This document shows, in pieces, positions 51,225-64,000 of a stretch of 64,000 nucleotides of DNA. The notes beneath the pieces were generated by a model. The model saw only the letters and a program-made list of their open reading frames with translations. It did not search any database and was not told the origin of the DNA. Position 1 is the first letter of the stretch. Every line of letters begins with the position of its first letter. This stretch comes from Piromyces finnis finn (taxonomy: Eukaryota; Fungi; Neocallimastigomycota). The translations under genes were made by a program, and so were the position numbers. The DNA is taken from the NCBI GenBank assembly GCA_002104945.1, contig MCFH01000001.1, positions 1,984,001 to 2,048,000 of the forward strand. Reading direction: 5' to 3'.

Positions 51225-54119
51225 CTTAAAAGATCAGACCTAATGAATAAAATTTATTAAATATATATATATAAATTTATCTAGTTTTTCAATGTTAATG
51301 AAACTGATGATACCCAATGGATAAATATTGAAACTCAAACCGTCGGTCCATATGAACTTACTTTAAAAGAAAATGGTTGTATTATTTTCGTAGGTGTATA
51401 TGAAGATGATTTATTAGTTACTAGTAAGCATAGTTTCACCAAAATTAATAATGCTACAGGAAATTTAGAAAAGAATGAATATTCCGATTTAGGTGAAGAA
51501 TGGTTAAATAAGTATATTGGAGATAAAAGAGAACAACTTATAAAATATATTAAAGAAAAGAATATCACCTTAGTCTTCGAGGTAAGTACGCCTAACAATA
51601 ATTAAAATTTAATAATGTAAAATAAAAGTCAATTAACAATATATATATTTTTTTAAAAAAATTCTTAAATATTTATATATTATTATAATAAAAAATAAAT
51701 AAATTAATAAAATGATAGTTGGTCGATAATGATTTCCAAGAACATGTTTTAGAATATAAAAAAGAAGAAAATGGATTATATTTACATGGTGTAAATGAAA
51801 ATTCAACTGAATTTAAATCATGGCCTAGTGAAAAAGTTAAAGAAGTAGCAAAGGAATTCAACTTATTAACCGTAGAATACATGACATATAATAATATTAA
51901 AGGTATGTATATTATAATTAATTATATATACTAAAAAAAAAAGGTATAATATTCAGGTATTAATTATTTTAATTATTATAATACAATATAAATTAAATAA
52001 ATAAAGAATTAAAAGAATTTGCAGAAAGTTGTAATGGATATTATAATGGAAAAGCAATTGAAGGTTGGGTAGTTCGTTGTACAAAGAAGGACAATGGTGA
52101 AATTTTCTTCTTTAAGTATAAGTAAATATAGAGAATAAACTATTTAGTTTTATTTATAGTAATAATAATAATAATAAAATATTACAAATATTTTCATTAT
52201 ATAAGCAAATTATACATATTTTAATAAAATATTGTAATTGAAATTTATTAATACGAATTATTATTTAATAATATTATTAAAAAGGTATGATGAACCATAT
52301 TTACTTTATCGTGAATGGAGAGAAGCAACTACAAGCTACATTAATCGAAAGCCATTAAAATATAAATTCATGAAAACTTATGGTTATATGGAATGGATTA
52401 AGCAAAAATACGAAACCAATAAAGAATTATTTGTAAATCTCAAAAACAAAAAAGGTATTATTAAATTACGTAATTTATATTTACAAGAAACTGAAGGAGG
52501 AGATTCTATTCCAAAACATGTAGAACCTGTTACCAAAGAAACTGCATTATATAAATTAATTTTACCTATTAGTGTTATTGGATTTGGTAAGACCACTGTT
52601 GGAAGAATGTTAAATATTTTATATGATGTTGGCCATGTTCAAAGTGATAATATTCAAAAAAAGAAACCTGCTCCAGAATTTATTGCAAATGTTTGTAATG
52701 CATTTGATACTAAAAAAATTGTTATTGCTGATAAGGTTTGTAAAATAAAGAATAATAACAGTAAAATAATAAAAAAACGAAAAAGAGGAGAAAAAATAAA
52801 AAATAAAAAGTAAATTACTTTAAAAAAATTAAGTAATTGATATTAAATGTACTTTGACTATATATGTATATATATATATAAATATAAATTTTGAAATATT
52901 ATGGATGTAGAACAACTTTTTAAGAGATCATAGAAGCGAACTATGTGAAAAGTTAAAGTCTATTTACCCAACCTCTTTATGGATTATTGCTCTCTATTGG
53001 AATATTGAAACTGTACCAGAAAATGATATTTTAGAATTTACAAGAGAAAGAATTGAACAACGAGGTGAAAATCATCAAAATCTTACCCCAAATAAAACTG
53101 CCAATTATCTTCAAATTATTAAGATGTTTTTAAAGAATTATCAAAATCTTGACCTTAAGGAACAAGGAGATGATTTAATTGATGAAGTAGTCGAAGTAAA
53201 ATTCAAAGAAGATAGTATTAGTATTGTAAAGAAGCTTATCGAGACTTTAGACCTTGAACCAAAAACAGAGGAAGAACTTCAAGATGCCTTAAAAAAAGCC
53301 AATGAAATGAAGCCAGAAGTTAGTGCCAAAAGTAAAAATGTTGCCCCAATTTATTATGGATTAAGAATGAAATACTTTAATTGTAAAGATTTTGCTATAA
53401 AGGTACTTCAGAAAAATTTAGAACAGCATAGTGAATTTGCTAAGGAATACGAAGATATTAAATTTACACTAGATAATTCCAACTTTTTGCAAAGAGACCA
53501 TGTCACCATGGCATTCCGTAAAAGAGATCCAAAAGATATGATTAACTATTATGACAATTTAATTAAAGGAAGCAATCAAGTGGACCATTTTAATGATCCA
53601 AACTTGGAAGTTACCATGGTTGTTTCCAGTATCGTATGGACTAATAAACTTGTATTTTTACCTGTAGATACCATTGAATCTGATAAAATATGGAAACCAT
53701 CTGATACTGAAGATACTGAAAAGGCATTATCCAAGGATAATGTATCTGCGAGATCAAGTCAAGATGAATCCTTATTCCATATTACTCTTGCAAGTTACGG
53801 TGACGCAAAACCAGTAGAATGTCGTTTTACTTTACAAAAAATTAATGAATATTACGAAAAGCATAAAGATGTCAAGCCAATGTCAAATTCTACGAACCAA
53901 AACCTAAATGTTATTGATGAAAACTATTGTATTGATCATACCAATCAAGAAGAAAAAGAAAGCATAATTCATCCATCCACCCTAATTCAATTATTACCAC
54001 CATCAATTAAAGATACTTCATTTATTAAGATTGGAAAGTGTGTCGAAGGACCAAATTGGAAACAATTATTCTTTGAGCCATTTAAATTTAAGGGTTTCTA
54101 CACAAAATTCTTTTATTAA
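50838..54119 (+). CDS. TRL1: Fungal tRNA ligase (ligase + polynucleotide kinase + cyclic phosphodiesterase), about 6 exons
   Basis: ARG.F...RGYDK|FFN, the adenylation motif TLKENGCII, SKHS, E|LVDNDFQEHVLEY, EGWVVRC, FFKYKYDEPYLLYREWRE, the P-loop GFGKTT, DK|NN, and the CPD motifs HVT and HIT. Confidence 0.95.
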
Positions 54120-54681
54120 ATTTCAAAAATAAAAAAAAAAAAAAAAAAAAAAACATTGTATATCTTTTTTTTTTTTTCTGTTTATTTGTTTTTTTGTTTA
54201 ATTATATAAAGTGAAAAGCTTAAATTAATTATATATATATTCATTATTCTATTTCAATACTATTTGTTTTTCTCCTCAAAACTTTAAATAATTTTAAAGT
54301 ATTTATTATTAAATTCTTTATGAATTATATAATTATTATCGCATTATAATGATATGTATATTAATATTATTAAAGAAAATAATAATAATATAACTTGTTA
54401 GCATGTAATAAAAACTAGAAAAAAAAAACATTTTAAGACAATCTATTTCATTAACGAATTCTCACATTGTTATATCATTATCTAATAATAAAGTAACCAT
54501 TAATAACAAAAAAAATTTTTTTTTAATTAATATCTTTTGATAATGAGTATTATAAAATCCAAAGAAATTATTTTTACTTTAAATAATATATTTTTTGGAT
54601 ATTTATATGACCCTTGGATAATATGAAATATATATGATATATGATATATATTAAAATGTGAGAGAGTAGAAAGAATTAAAT

Positions 54682-55050
54682 CCAAGTATTGCGCAATGGA
54701 TGCTTGGTTAGTCTTTAAGGGAAAATTATTAAGACTAAGCTCATGGTACTGAGCGATTAAAAAACATTTTATTCATCGAATTTAAGTATTTGATGAATAA
54801 GTTAAATGTTTGATATTCAGGTAAGTTTGTATAGTATTTAATTAGAAGAGTAATACATTTTGTTGCTGTATTTTTTCTTTTATTCATGTATTCATGTAGT
54901 ACTACTCTTCTCTTGTAAGAATCCAATGTAGTTAACTTTAGCATTTGCATTGTATTTTTATATTCATGTAGCTATTGTTGTATTGTTCTTGTAAGAGACT
55001 GATTCACTCTACATCATGTAAAAATACTATTCACAAGCTTTCTGGTGTCA
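54682..55050 (-). other. Decayed coding-like fragment ending in three abutting stem-loops; possible retroelement 3' end or structured RNA
   Basis: Minus-strand ORF 54741..54950 with broken upstream frames. Stems are CCAAGTAT/ATGCTTGG, TTAGTCTT/AAGACTAA and GCTCA/TGAGC (plus-strand sequence) at 54682-54754. Confidence 0.35.
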
Positions 55051-55259
55051 ACATTCTTGATTCAAATTTTTTACCAATTTAAATATTTAATGAAAAGTAA
55101 AGTCAAACAATTTTAATGTCAAAAAGCGAATCGAATTTACTAACAACAAACCAAAACTAGAATTTTTAAAGAAAATTTACAACTAGAATTCAAAAAAGAA
55201 ACTTTAAACAAAGCATCGTAACAATTTTTGTACTATCCAGTACTTTTAAGAAGAGAGAG

Positions 55260-58200
55260 AGAGACAGATTTTTTCCATATACGTTATAATTATAATTTTT
55301 ATTAGTATTTATTTTATATTCAATATTTTTTTAATTAGAATTTATTATCATGTCAGTCCTTTATATTAAAGATAAGAATTATATCAGACGTGGTACCCGG
55401 TCTTATGGTATCCCCTTAGATGATATTCGCTCCTTCTTTATCCGTGGTATTCGATCATGGTCAGTAAATATGCTATGGGAAAAACTCGAGGTTATTCTAG
55501 AAGATAAATTTAATTCAGTTATTAGTGTTAAATATTTTCAAACTTTCAATGATCACTTTTTCTTAGTCAAGGTTCATGGTTCATCAAAAGATTGTATTAA
55601 AATCTTACACATGTTAAAGAAGAAACTTTCAGTTACCTCAATTTCCTTTTCAGCTCGTAGTAGAAGGAATCACAAATACACTTTTTCCACTCTCAAACGT
55701 AAAATTTTAGTTTCTAATAAACATCAACATTCTATTCAACAATCATTTCAACAATCAGTTCAACAATCTCATCAACAATCCGATCTTCAACAAGATCTTC
55801 AACAAGATCTTCAACAAGTTTCCCATCATGAAAATATTCCAGATCTACAGCAAACACAATTTCAATCTCAACATTCAACAATTAATTCTAATAGTTCTAT
55901 CAACTCTGATAACAGTTCAATAGTTGATAGTTCTTCAGTTTCACAGCCATCTAGTAATAGTTCAACTTATTCCTCTGATGCATCATCCATTAATAACGAT
56001 GACTTTAATAATAATAATAATAATAGCAACGATTCTTCCTCATCCAACAAGCCTGATAACTTTTCTTTTTGTCTTAGTTGGAACACCAATGGGTGGAATC
56101 ACGAAAAGAGAGATAGTATTAGCTATTTCACAGCTATTTTCAAACCATTATTTTTATGTTTCCAAGAAACTGGTAATGGTTCTGGATCGAATACAGATTA
56201 TCCTTGTCGTGTTACTTTGCGAAACTATAGACACTTTTTCAAGAAAGCTGACGAATCAGTTCCGGGAATGAGAGGTTTATATTTAGGTTTTCACAATTCG
56301 TGTCAAGCCTCACTTGAAAACTTCTCTGGAAAGTATATTATTTCTATTTATACTTTTAGTCTTTGGAATAGATTCAAATGCTCGATTGGAAATGTTTATA
56401 TGCCTCATAGTCATCACAACATCTATGTTGATCATGCAAAGTTAGAAGTTCGCTTGTGGTTACAAACTCATTCATCCCATCCATCGATTCTTGTTGGTGA
56501 TTTTAATATGTCTAAAGTAAAATTATCCAACTGGTTATCAACTAATGGATTAGGAGATTGGGAAATTCTTCCGCTTAGAGGGTCTACTATCTCTTGGACT
56601 CGAGGTGATCAATCTTCCGACATTGACCATGCTCTTATCAATTCGAAGATGAAAGATCTTATTCACTCAGGATCATTTATAAATAATTTTTATCCTGTAT
56701 CAGACCATAAGCCACTTCTTATTAATGGTAAAATTATTCCTATGGAAGATTTTTCTAATGACTTTAATGTTCCTAAGAAAATTCTGAAATGGAATAGATT
56801 AAAATATATTGAGGAAAAGGAATCTATTCTCAGTCATAATAAATTCAAAATACTTTCAGCAAAACTCAACGATCCTAATGTTTCTACAGATGAACTTTCC
56901 AAAGAGTTTACTTCAACTGCTTTTTAAATTGCAGACGAGCTCAGTATTACCTCAGCAAATAATGTTATAAAGTCTTCATTTCATATTTCACAACAAATTT
57001 TTAATCTTCAAAAAATCAAAATGAAGTTGTATAAGAGATTTAAAAAAGAAAGAATTTATGATATAGATGAATTTATTAAAAGAATTAAAATCTACCGTAA
57101 GCTCATTGATTACATCCACAAAAGATGTAATGAATTTAGGAAACAAGAATATCTTCATTGGATTAAAACAGGATGTGAGTATATGAAGAGTCATAATCCT
57201 AAGAAGGCCTGGAAATGTATCAAGAAAACTGCAAAAATTGGAAAAGATTCTTTCTTTATTGCTCAACCAATTAAAAATAAAAATGGAGAATTAGTTGTTG
57301 CTACAGAAGAACAACTAGAAGTGTGGCATGATCATTTCGAAAACCTTGCATCAGATCCAAGTGGTGTAAGTCTTGATTTGGAGCATTGGTATGAAGAACC
57401 AATGAATAAACGTTTTTCACTTCCTATGCTTGATGAGTGGGATATCAACCAAGATATTAGTATTGATGAAGTCAAGTCAGCTATCCTCTCTACTCCAAAT
57501 TATAAAGCATCAGGTCCGGATGGTATTCCAATTGAATTTTACAAAGCATTAATTCCATCAAGTAATGATTCTAATAATGCTACAGATAATAATTCTTCCG
57601 GTAATACCACTTCAGATAATGATGCTCATGGTTTAAATTTTATTCTTAAATTATTCAATCGTATTTGGGATGGAGACTTCCCCAACTCATGGAATGAATC
57701 CAGTATTGTTTCTATTCCTAAGAAGGGAGATTTGACAGATTGTGATAACTATCGAGGTATATCACTTATCAATAATGGTATTAAGTTGATTTCCAAAATT
57801 GTCACAACTAGAATCTCAGAATATGGTCTAAAGAATAATTTCATTAGACCTGAACAATTTGGTTTTCGAAAAAAGGAAGAAAGTATTAGTCTTTTCATTT
57901 CAATCCAAGAAATATGCCGTAGACGTCAATTAGATAATAAAGAGACATATTTGGCCTTTTTAGATCTCAGGAAAGCATACGATTCAGTCCCAATCGGTAA
58001 TATTCTCCATAAATTAGATTGTTTAGGAATCCGAGGTAAGAGTTTACAATTCATCAAAAATTTATATTTAACATCTAAGGCTAATGTCAAATTAGATGGA
58101 CAATTCTCGAAATCTTTTGATGTGAAGAAAGGAGTCCGTCAAGGATGCCCTCTTTCTCCTATTCTCTTTAATCTCTTTATTAATGATATATTTAAAGAGT

Positions 58201-59940
58201 GCGAAGATCTAGGAGTCAGTTTAGGTGACACTCGATGCTGTGGTGGACTTTTTGCAGATGATATAGTTATTTATGCTCCAACAAGAGGATGCTTAAAAAA
58301 GATGCTAAGAAGAGTTAATGAATGGGCCTTGTATAATGAAATGGAATTTGGTATCCAGAAATGTTCAACGATGGTGATTCGTCCTGAATCAATAGAAAAT
58401 CAGAACAAGAGAGATCCAACATTTTACTTAGCAGGACAACCCATTCCAACTACTGATTGTTATACTTATCTTGGTGTTCCGTTTGATAAGAATCTGTCCC
58501 TTAAACCAATTATTAAAACTCTTAATAACAAAGTTTTGAAAGGACTCTTTTCAGTCAGTAAATTCTTAATAAATCCTAATATTCCTATTCCCTTCAAAAA
58601 GCTAGTACTTAACTCACAAGTGATTAGCAGAGTTTCATACTTTGCACCATTACTTGGATCCAACAAAGCCAGGTCTAGAATTGCTCAGAAGCATATTAAC
58701 AAAGGAATACGATGGATTGCCGGAGTTCATAAAGCTGTATCGTTTATATCTTTATACTCTATCTCAAAAGATTCGAATATTCCTCCATTGTCAGCCAAAT
58801 GTGCGTTAGCTCAGGTTAGATGTTTTAACAAATGGAAAAACTCGAATTGTATTATCTCACACCTTGTCAATTACATTCCTAAATTTAGAAAATACACATG
58901 GTGCAAATCAAGTAGGACACTTGATAAAAAACTAAAGAAGCATGGAGATATTAAAGCAGTTAAAAACTTTTATTGGAAAGATCTCAAAGGGAATTCAATC
59001 AAAGCGCAATATTATGATGATAATAAATTTATTGAAACTAAAGATTTTATTAAATTATGTTATGAGTACCCAGAGTTTGCCTATGGCTTCTACTGGCTAT
59101 TGAAAGCAAGAAGCGGATACAAGTTGGATGCTAGAGTTGCCAAAGCTGCTAAATTTGTTGATCCAGTTTGTCCTAACTACTGTCCATGTTGCAAGTGTGG
59201 AGATCAAAGTATTAAACATTGGTTATTAGATTGTCCAACATTTAGAGATATCCGTATTAAACATTATGATTCTATAGTCCATCTATTAAATTTTTTCAGT
59301 CAACGTAATTCCAATAGTCCTATCAATAATAATGAAAATGTTAATATCAGTAGAAATAGCAATAACAGTAATAGTAATAGTAATAATAGTAATAATAACA
59401 ATAGTAATAATAACAATAGTAGTAATAGTAATAATAACAATAGTAATAATAACAATAGTAGTAATAGAAATAATAATATTAGTAATGATAGCAATAGTGA
59501 TGATAATAATTCTAATTTAGATAGTAATTTAGTTGATGATAGTAATAGTTCTAATAATCCGGTGAATATTAATGTGTATGATTATTCTAGTGTGTGCAGT
59601 AAAATATTTAAATTCCTTCTTGGGGGAAGAAGTTTTAACAATATTAATTACAATTCAAGGGAATGGAAAGAACTTTGTAAGCGTCAGATTCAATCTGGTA
59701 CTAACGAAGGAACATCATTCTTGACGGTAACCGCGGAACTTCTAACCAAAATCATGCCTTTTGCTATTGGCCAGCAATGGTCAATGTTCAAAAGGTTTGA
59801 AGCAACATCCAAGAGCGTCAATGCTGAAGAAACAGTAAGACAGGCCAGGAGGGCCAGCGCAACCAATGGAGATCATAATTTTGTTCCATGACAAAATTTT
59901 GATCTTTGGCTCGGTGTCCCATTGGAAGTCAAATACAATT
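55260..59940 (+). mobile_element. Near full-length non-LTR retrotransposon (LINE): one frame 55350-59891 encoding N-terminal domain + APE endonuclease + RT + Cys/His knuckle, interrupted by one TAA (56925-56927)
   Basis: APE: SWNTNG, FQETG, VGDFN, IDH, SDHKP. RT: GPDGIP, NYRGISL, QFGFR, LDLRKAYDSV, GVRQGCPLSPILF, FADD, YLG. C-terminus CPCCKC...HWLLDC. Both track ORFs share a frame and the 93-nt gap has no stop. Element ends are approximate and the clade is unresolved. Confidence 0.95.
59330..59560 (+). repeat. Asn/Ser-coding AAT/AGT repeat inside the LINE ORF
   Basis: In-frame poly-N/S tract after the zinc knuckle. Confidence 0.9.
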
Positions 59941-60127
59941 ATTATACTTTAGTATGATAGTGGCTTTCTTACTTTAATTAAAATTACTAGAATACATTAT
60001 ACCCAATTTTATTCATTTGTGTTTATTTAAACATATTTTTTTTTATTTTTATTTTAATTTTAATTTTTTTACTACATGTATTATAATTTTAATTAAATTA
60101 ATAATAAAGTTTAAAATATTTGATGCC

Positions 60128-60166
<39 letters not shown>

Positions 60167-61366
60167 TTAAAATGAAAAAGTTGTTCAACAGATAAATATT
60201 ATTTTTTTTAATAGCTTTTATTCTTTTAGGTATATCATGAATTTTAATTAATTTAGATTCCATAAACTTAAAAAAATATGAATTATAATTACATTATTGG
60301 AAACAAATTAAAAAGATGGCTTTAAAAAAAAAATTATCACCCCTCACACTCTATTGATTTCTTCCAGTTTATTCTTTTCTTTTTTTTTTTATAAATATAT
60401 AAAGTTTTATAAAAAGTTTTATATCTAGTAAATAGCGTAGATTATATAATTAATCCTTTCTAAAATATAATTTTATAGCATTATTTTATTTTTTATTATT
60501 AAAAAAATGAAATGAATTGATATTTATTATTTTTTTTTGTTTAATTATAATAGTGACTTTTCCATTTAACATTAGATTATAATAATATTCATTTGGTAAT
60601 AAAAAAAAAAAAAAACAATTCATAATGAAAAATAACTTTAATTCTTTAATAATAATTATGTTTTTCAAATTACTAAAGGTTAGGTTAAATAAAATCATAC
60701 CACATATAATAAAAAATTTAAGATTTTAATTTATTTATTTATTTATTTTTTTTAATAAATTTTAAAAAAAAAAGTAAAGGAAGAAATAATAATAATAAAT
60801 AGAAAAAAATAAAATTAAATATTAAATAATAAAGGATAGAATAAAAAAGGTAAAATATTGAATACAATAAAATCTCTAATATATCTTTCTTGTTATTATT
60901 ATTATATCGTAATTTGTTTTTTCATTACTAGGAAGTAGTTATTTAAAATATTAAAGCATTTCAAAATAAATTTCGAATTATGGACAAATAGTAAATGTAC
61001 CAATGATTTTATATTTAATGGACAATAATGGTTATTTTAGTAATAAATGTTGTTGTGAATAATAAAAATGGGTAGTCATGTAATTTTTGTTTGAAAAAAA
61101 TATATTATGTTATTATTATATATTTATAAAAGAAATGAATAAAGTCAAAGAATCAATGAAAATTTGGAGCATTTATAATAATTCCTATATATATACTTTT
61201 TTCATTTAAAAATTTATCAATTTCATTGAATTTAAATTTGGAATTACTTTAAAAAATAATATTACTTTCAATTATTATTACAATATCATTAACCATAATA
61301 TATGTTTATTGAAAAACTATTTTTTAGGGTAAAAAAAAAAAAAATAAAAAGATAAAAAAAAAAAAA

Positions 61367-62320
61367 ATGAAGAAATATTCTTTTATAGTACTATTGTTAA
61401 TTTCAATATTTATCTCTTCTGTAAAATCTTCTATTGGTGATAATGATAAAAGATTTAATGAATGTTTAGACTATTGTAAGGTCAATATATGTGAAAAGAA
61501 ACCACCAAAGCTTTCTTTACCATTACGTTTAACTTTTTGGTCATGTGAAGCAGAATGTAAATATCAATGTATGTTCAAAAATGTTTGGGAAAGAGAAGCC
61601 AATAATGAACCAGTTGTTCAATATTATGGAAAATGGCCATTCTATAGATTTTTAGGTATACAAGAACCAGCTTCAGTATTATTCTCCTTTTTCAATTTAT
61701 GTATGCATTATATTGGTTTAAAACGTATGAAGAAAGTAACTCCAAAAAGTTACTATTTACGTAAAGTTTATATTATGAATTCATTAATTGGTATATATTC
61801 TTGGATTGCATCAATGATATTTCATACTAGAGACACACCTGTTACCGAAAAAATGGATTATTTTGGAGCTAGTGCATCTATCATTTGTAATTGCTTTGTT
61901 ACAATAGTTCGTGTATTTAATATTCGTGAAATTAAAAAAATAAGAGCTGTCTTTGCCATTTTATTCCTTTATTATCTTGGTCATATTTCTTATCTTAGTT
62001 TTTGGATGTTTGATTACTCCTATAATATGTTTGCTTGTACTGTTTTCGGTATTTTACAATATTCAATTTGGTTATATTGGGCATACAAAAATAAGCGTCG
62101 TTCCTATACCAAACAAATTGTATTCACAGTACTTTTTACTTTCTGTGCTATGATGCTCGAACTTTTTGATTTCTCACCTTTCTTCTTTTCTATTGATGCT
62201 CATTCACTATGGCATTTATGTACTGCCTTTATTCTTAACATCTTTTATGCTTTCTATGTTAATGATGTTCGTTATGAAACTCGTAAAGGAAAAGAAATTG
62301 ACAGTTCCTATTACGATTAG
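61367..62320 (+). CDS. PER1: Post-GPI attachment remodelling factor Per1/PGAP3, intronless
   Basis: Signal peptide, Cys-rich N-terminus, YGKWPFYRFLGIQEPASVLFS, FHTRD...EKMDYF and IDAHSLWH. Confidence 0.95.
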   Translation: MKKYSFIVLLLISIFISSVKSSIGDNDKRFNECLDYCKVNICEKKPPKLSLPLRLTFWSCEAECKYQCMFKNVWEREANNEPVVQYYGKWPFYRFLGIQEPASVLFSFFNLCMHYIGLKRMKKVTPKSYYLRKVYIMNSLIGIYSWIASMIFHTRDTPVTEKMDYFGASASIICNCFVTIVRVFNIREIKKIRAVFAILFLYYLGHISYLSFWMFDYSYNMFACTVFGILQYSIWLYWAYKNKRRSYTKQIVFTVLFTFCAMMLELFDFSPFFFSIDAHSLWHLCTAFILNIFYAFYVNDVRYETRKGKEIDSSYYD

Positions 62321-64000
62321 ATATTGAAATCTATATCAATAGAAAATAATTTTATAAATAAAATTATAATATCAATCAATAGACTACTTTTTTTTTTATC
62401 CATTCAAGAAAAGAAAACAATAAATAATAATTTTTTTTTAAAAAAAAAATAGAAACTATAAAACAATCAATAGATAAATAAACAAATAAATATATTAACA
62501 AATGAATAAATAAATTACTGATTTATAATATCAGTTTATATTTATATAAAGGATATACACCACTAATAATATTTTTTATACCATTTAAATCTTTTTAGAA
62601 ACTGAAAAAAAAAAAAATTTAAAACATTTAAATAATAAATAAATAATAATAATATCAATAGCTATTAGTAAAAAAAAAAAAAATAAAAGTAAAATTATAA
62701 TTATAAAACATTAAAATATTGATGTTAATGATGTAATAACTTATTTTACAGTGTAAAAAGTATATTAAAAAAAAAAAAAACATAAAGTTATTATTTTTAT
62801 CATTTTTAAGAAAAGCATTAAGGATATAAAAATTTAATATATTTTTAGTTAACTAATAATGGGAAAAAAGAAATTTTAAAATAAAATAATGAAAATGGTT
62901 CAAGGTATTATTTATTTAATATGTTCTTTCTTGGTGGAACGCTAAGCTAATATGATGAAATAAAGTTATTTAAATGATCAAATTTATAGTTTATCGAGGT
63001 TTCATGATCCGTAGATAGAAAGTCTTGCGACTCTTCTTATTACTACAATCCTTATCATTAGTAGATTATTGAAGGTTTTTTTTTGATAGGTTTAGTAAAT
63101 AACACCTAATATAATCATGAGTATCGTACTCGTACCAATATGGTAAAAGAACATTCTAATGTTCCGTCCACAGGGTTCAATGGTGAAAATTCAATGAATG
63201 AAATTATAAATTTATAGGAGAATTTTAGTGAACTACCACACTATACTCTACCTACCCTACCTGATATTATTTCATTTCATATATTAGGAAGGGATAACTT
63301 TATAGTTTACATAGCTTATTCAACTATGATACGACTTTACATAATATATTTTATATTTACATTTTACATTTTCATTCTTAATCATACATATATACATATT
63401 ATTATTATTTTTTTAAATATATATTATCACCAAATACACATTTAATTAGATACTCTCTAAATTTATTTATTTTTTGTATATATATAATAGTTTTTTTTTT
63501 AAAAAAAAAAAATTAAAAATATACAGAAATAATACATTTTTGTTTTTCCTTATTTAATTATATTTATAATTATAAATTTTTATGTTTGAAATTTAATAAT
63601 AAAAGTGTATTTTTCCTTTTTTTTTTTTTTAATTAATGATAAATAAAGCCATCAACAAAATCATATGGTATAAAGGAGGAGGAGATATTCCATGTAGATG
63701 TAAAAATAGAAAAAATAAAAAATGAACAACAATCTTTTCTATCAAAAATTATAAATTATGGCTTAGAGATAGTATCCTAATATCAATTATAAAAATAGGA
63801 TTTGCCTAAAGATATTAAATGATATTATCATCACTATCTATTCAAGATTATCCATCCTTAAAATTTTTCATTCTATGTCATGGGCAAGCAATCTATACAA
63901 ACAACACACCTACACCCTACACAACACATCCATAAAGTGTGTAAATAAGATTTTTTTATATTTTTATTCTTTTTTTTTAAACTTCATAGTAAATAAAATT

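Noticed and set aside
54690-54828. U1 snRNA-like motifs on the minus strand (AAACTTACCTG, ACCATGA, TTTTCCC, ATCCATTGC, in U1 order)
   Set aside because: The spacing from the 5' motif is about 70 nt instead of about 12. There is no U1-70K loop and no Sm site, and the motifs fall in loops where U1 has stems. An Infernal search with RF00003 would settle it.
56915-56935. Programmed frameshift at TTTAAAT near the LINE stop
   Set aside because: Both ORFs are already in the same frame, and the heptamer is out of phase.
55924-59520. Small ORFs overlapping the LINE (55924, 56988, 58466, 59300, 59332)
   Set aside because: Shadow frames of the pol ORF and its AAT repeats.
62930-63340. GC-richer patch after PER1
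   Set aside because: Only short broken frames, and no RNA-gene signature was recognised.

Overview
Very AT-rich eukaryotic DNA with short GT-AG introns and long homopolymer and microsatellite spacers. Composition and gene content point to an anaerobic gut fungus (Neocallimastigomycota); this is inferred, not verified. The left part (about 1.5-28 kb) behaves like an accessory region. It holds two Ecl1-type zinc-finger genes, a tandem pair of type II membrane SUEL-lectin/GT34 glycosyltransferase genes with a gene-conversion tract, and two intronless bacterial-type enzymes (TcmP/LCM-like methyltransferase and YjaB-like GNAT). It also holds three copies of a bacterial Rpn/PD-(D/E)XK_2 nuclease gene: a near-identical head-to-head intact pair with candidate NLS motifs and variable-number repeats, plus a truncated copy interrupted by a polyA-tailed insert. 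The right part carries housekeeping genes: PMP3 (missed by the ORF track), a 10-exon TBC1D7 orthologue, a Cys-rich single-pass membrane protein, a PAQR/IZH receptor, TRL1 and PER1. It also carries a near full-length single-ORF LINE (APE + RT + zinc knuckle) broken by one in-frame TAA. The best candidate for an undescribed system is the divergent Rpn nuclease pair. All alignments, translations and folds were done by eye, and no searches were run.
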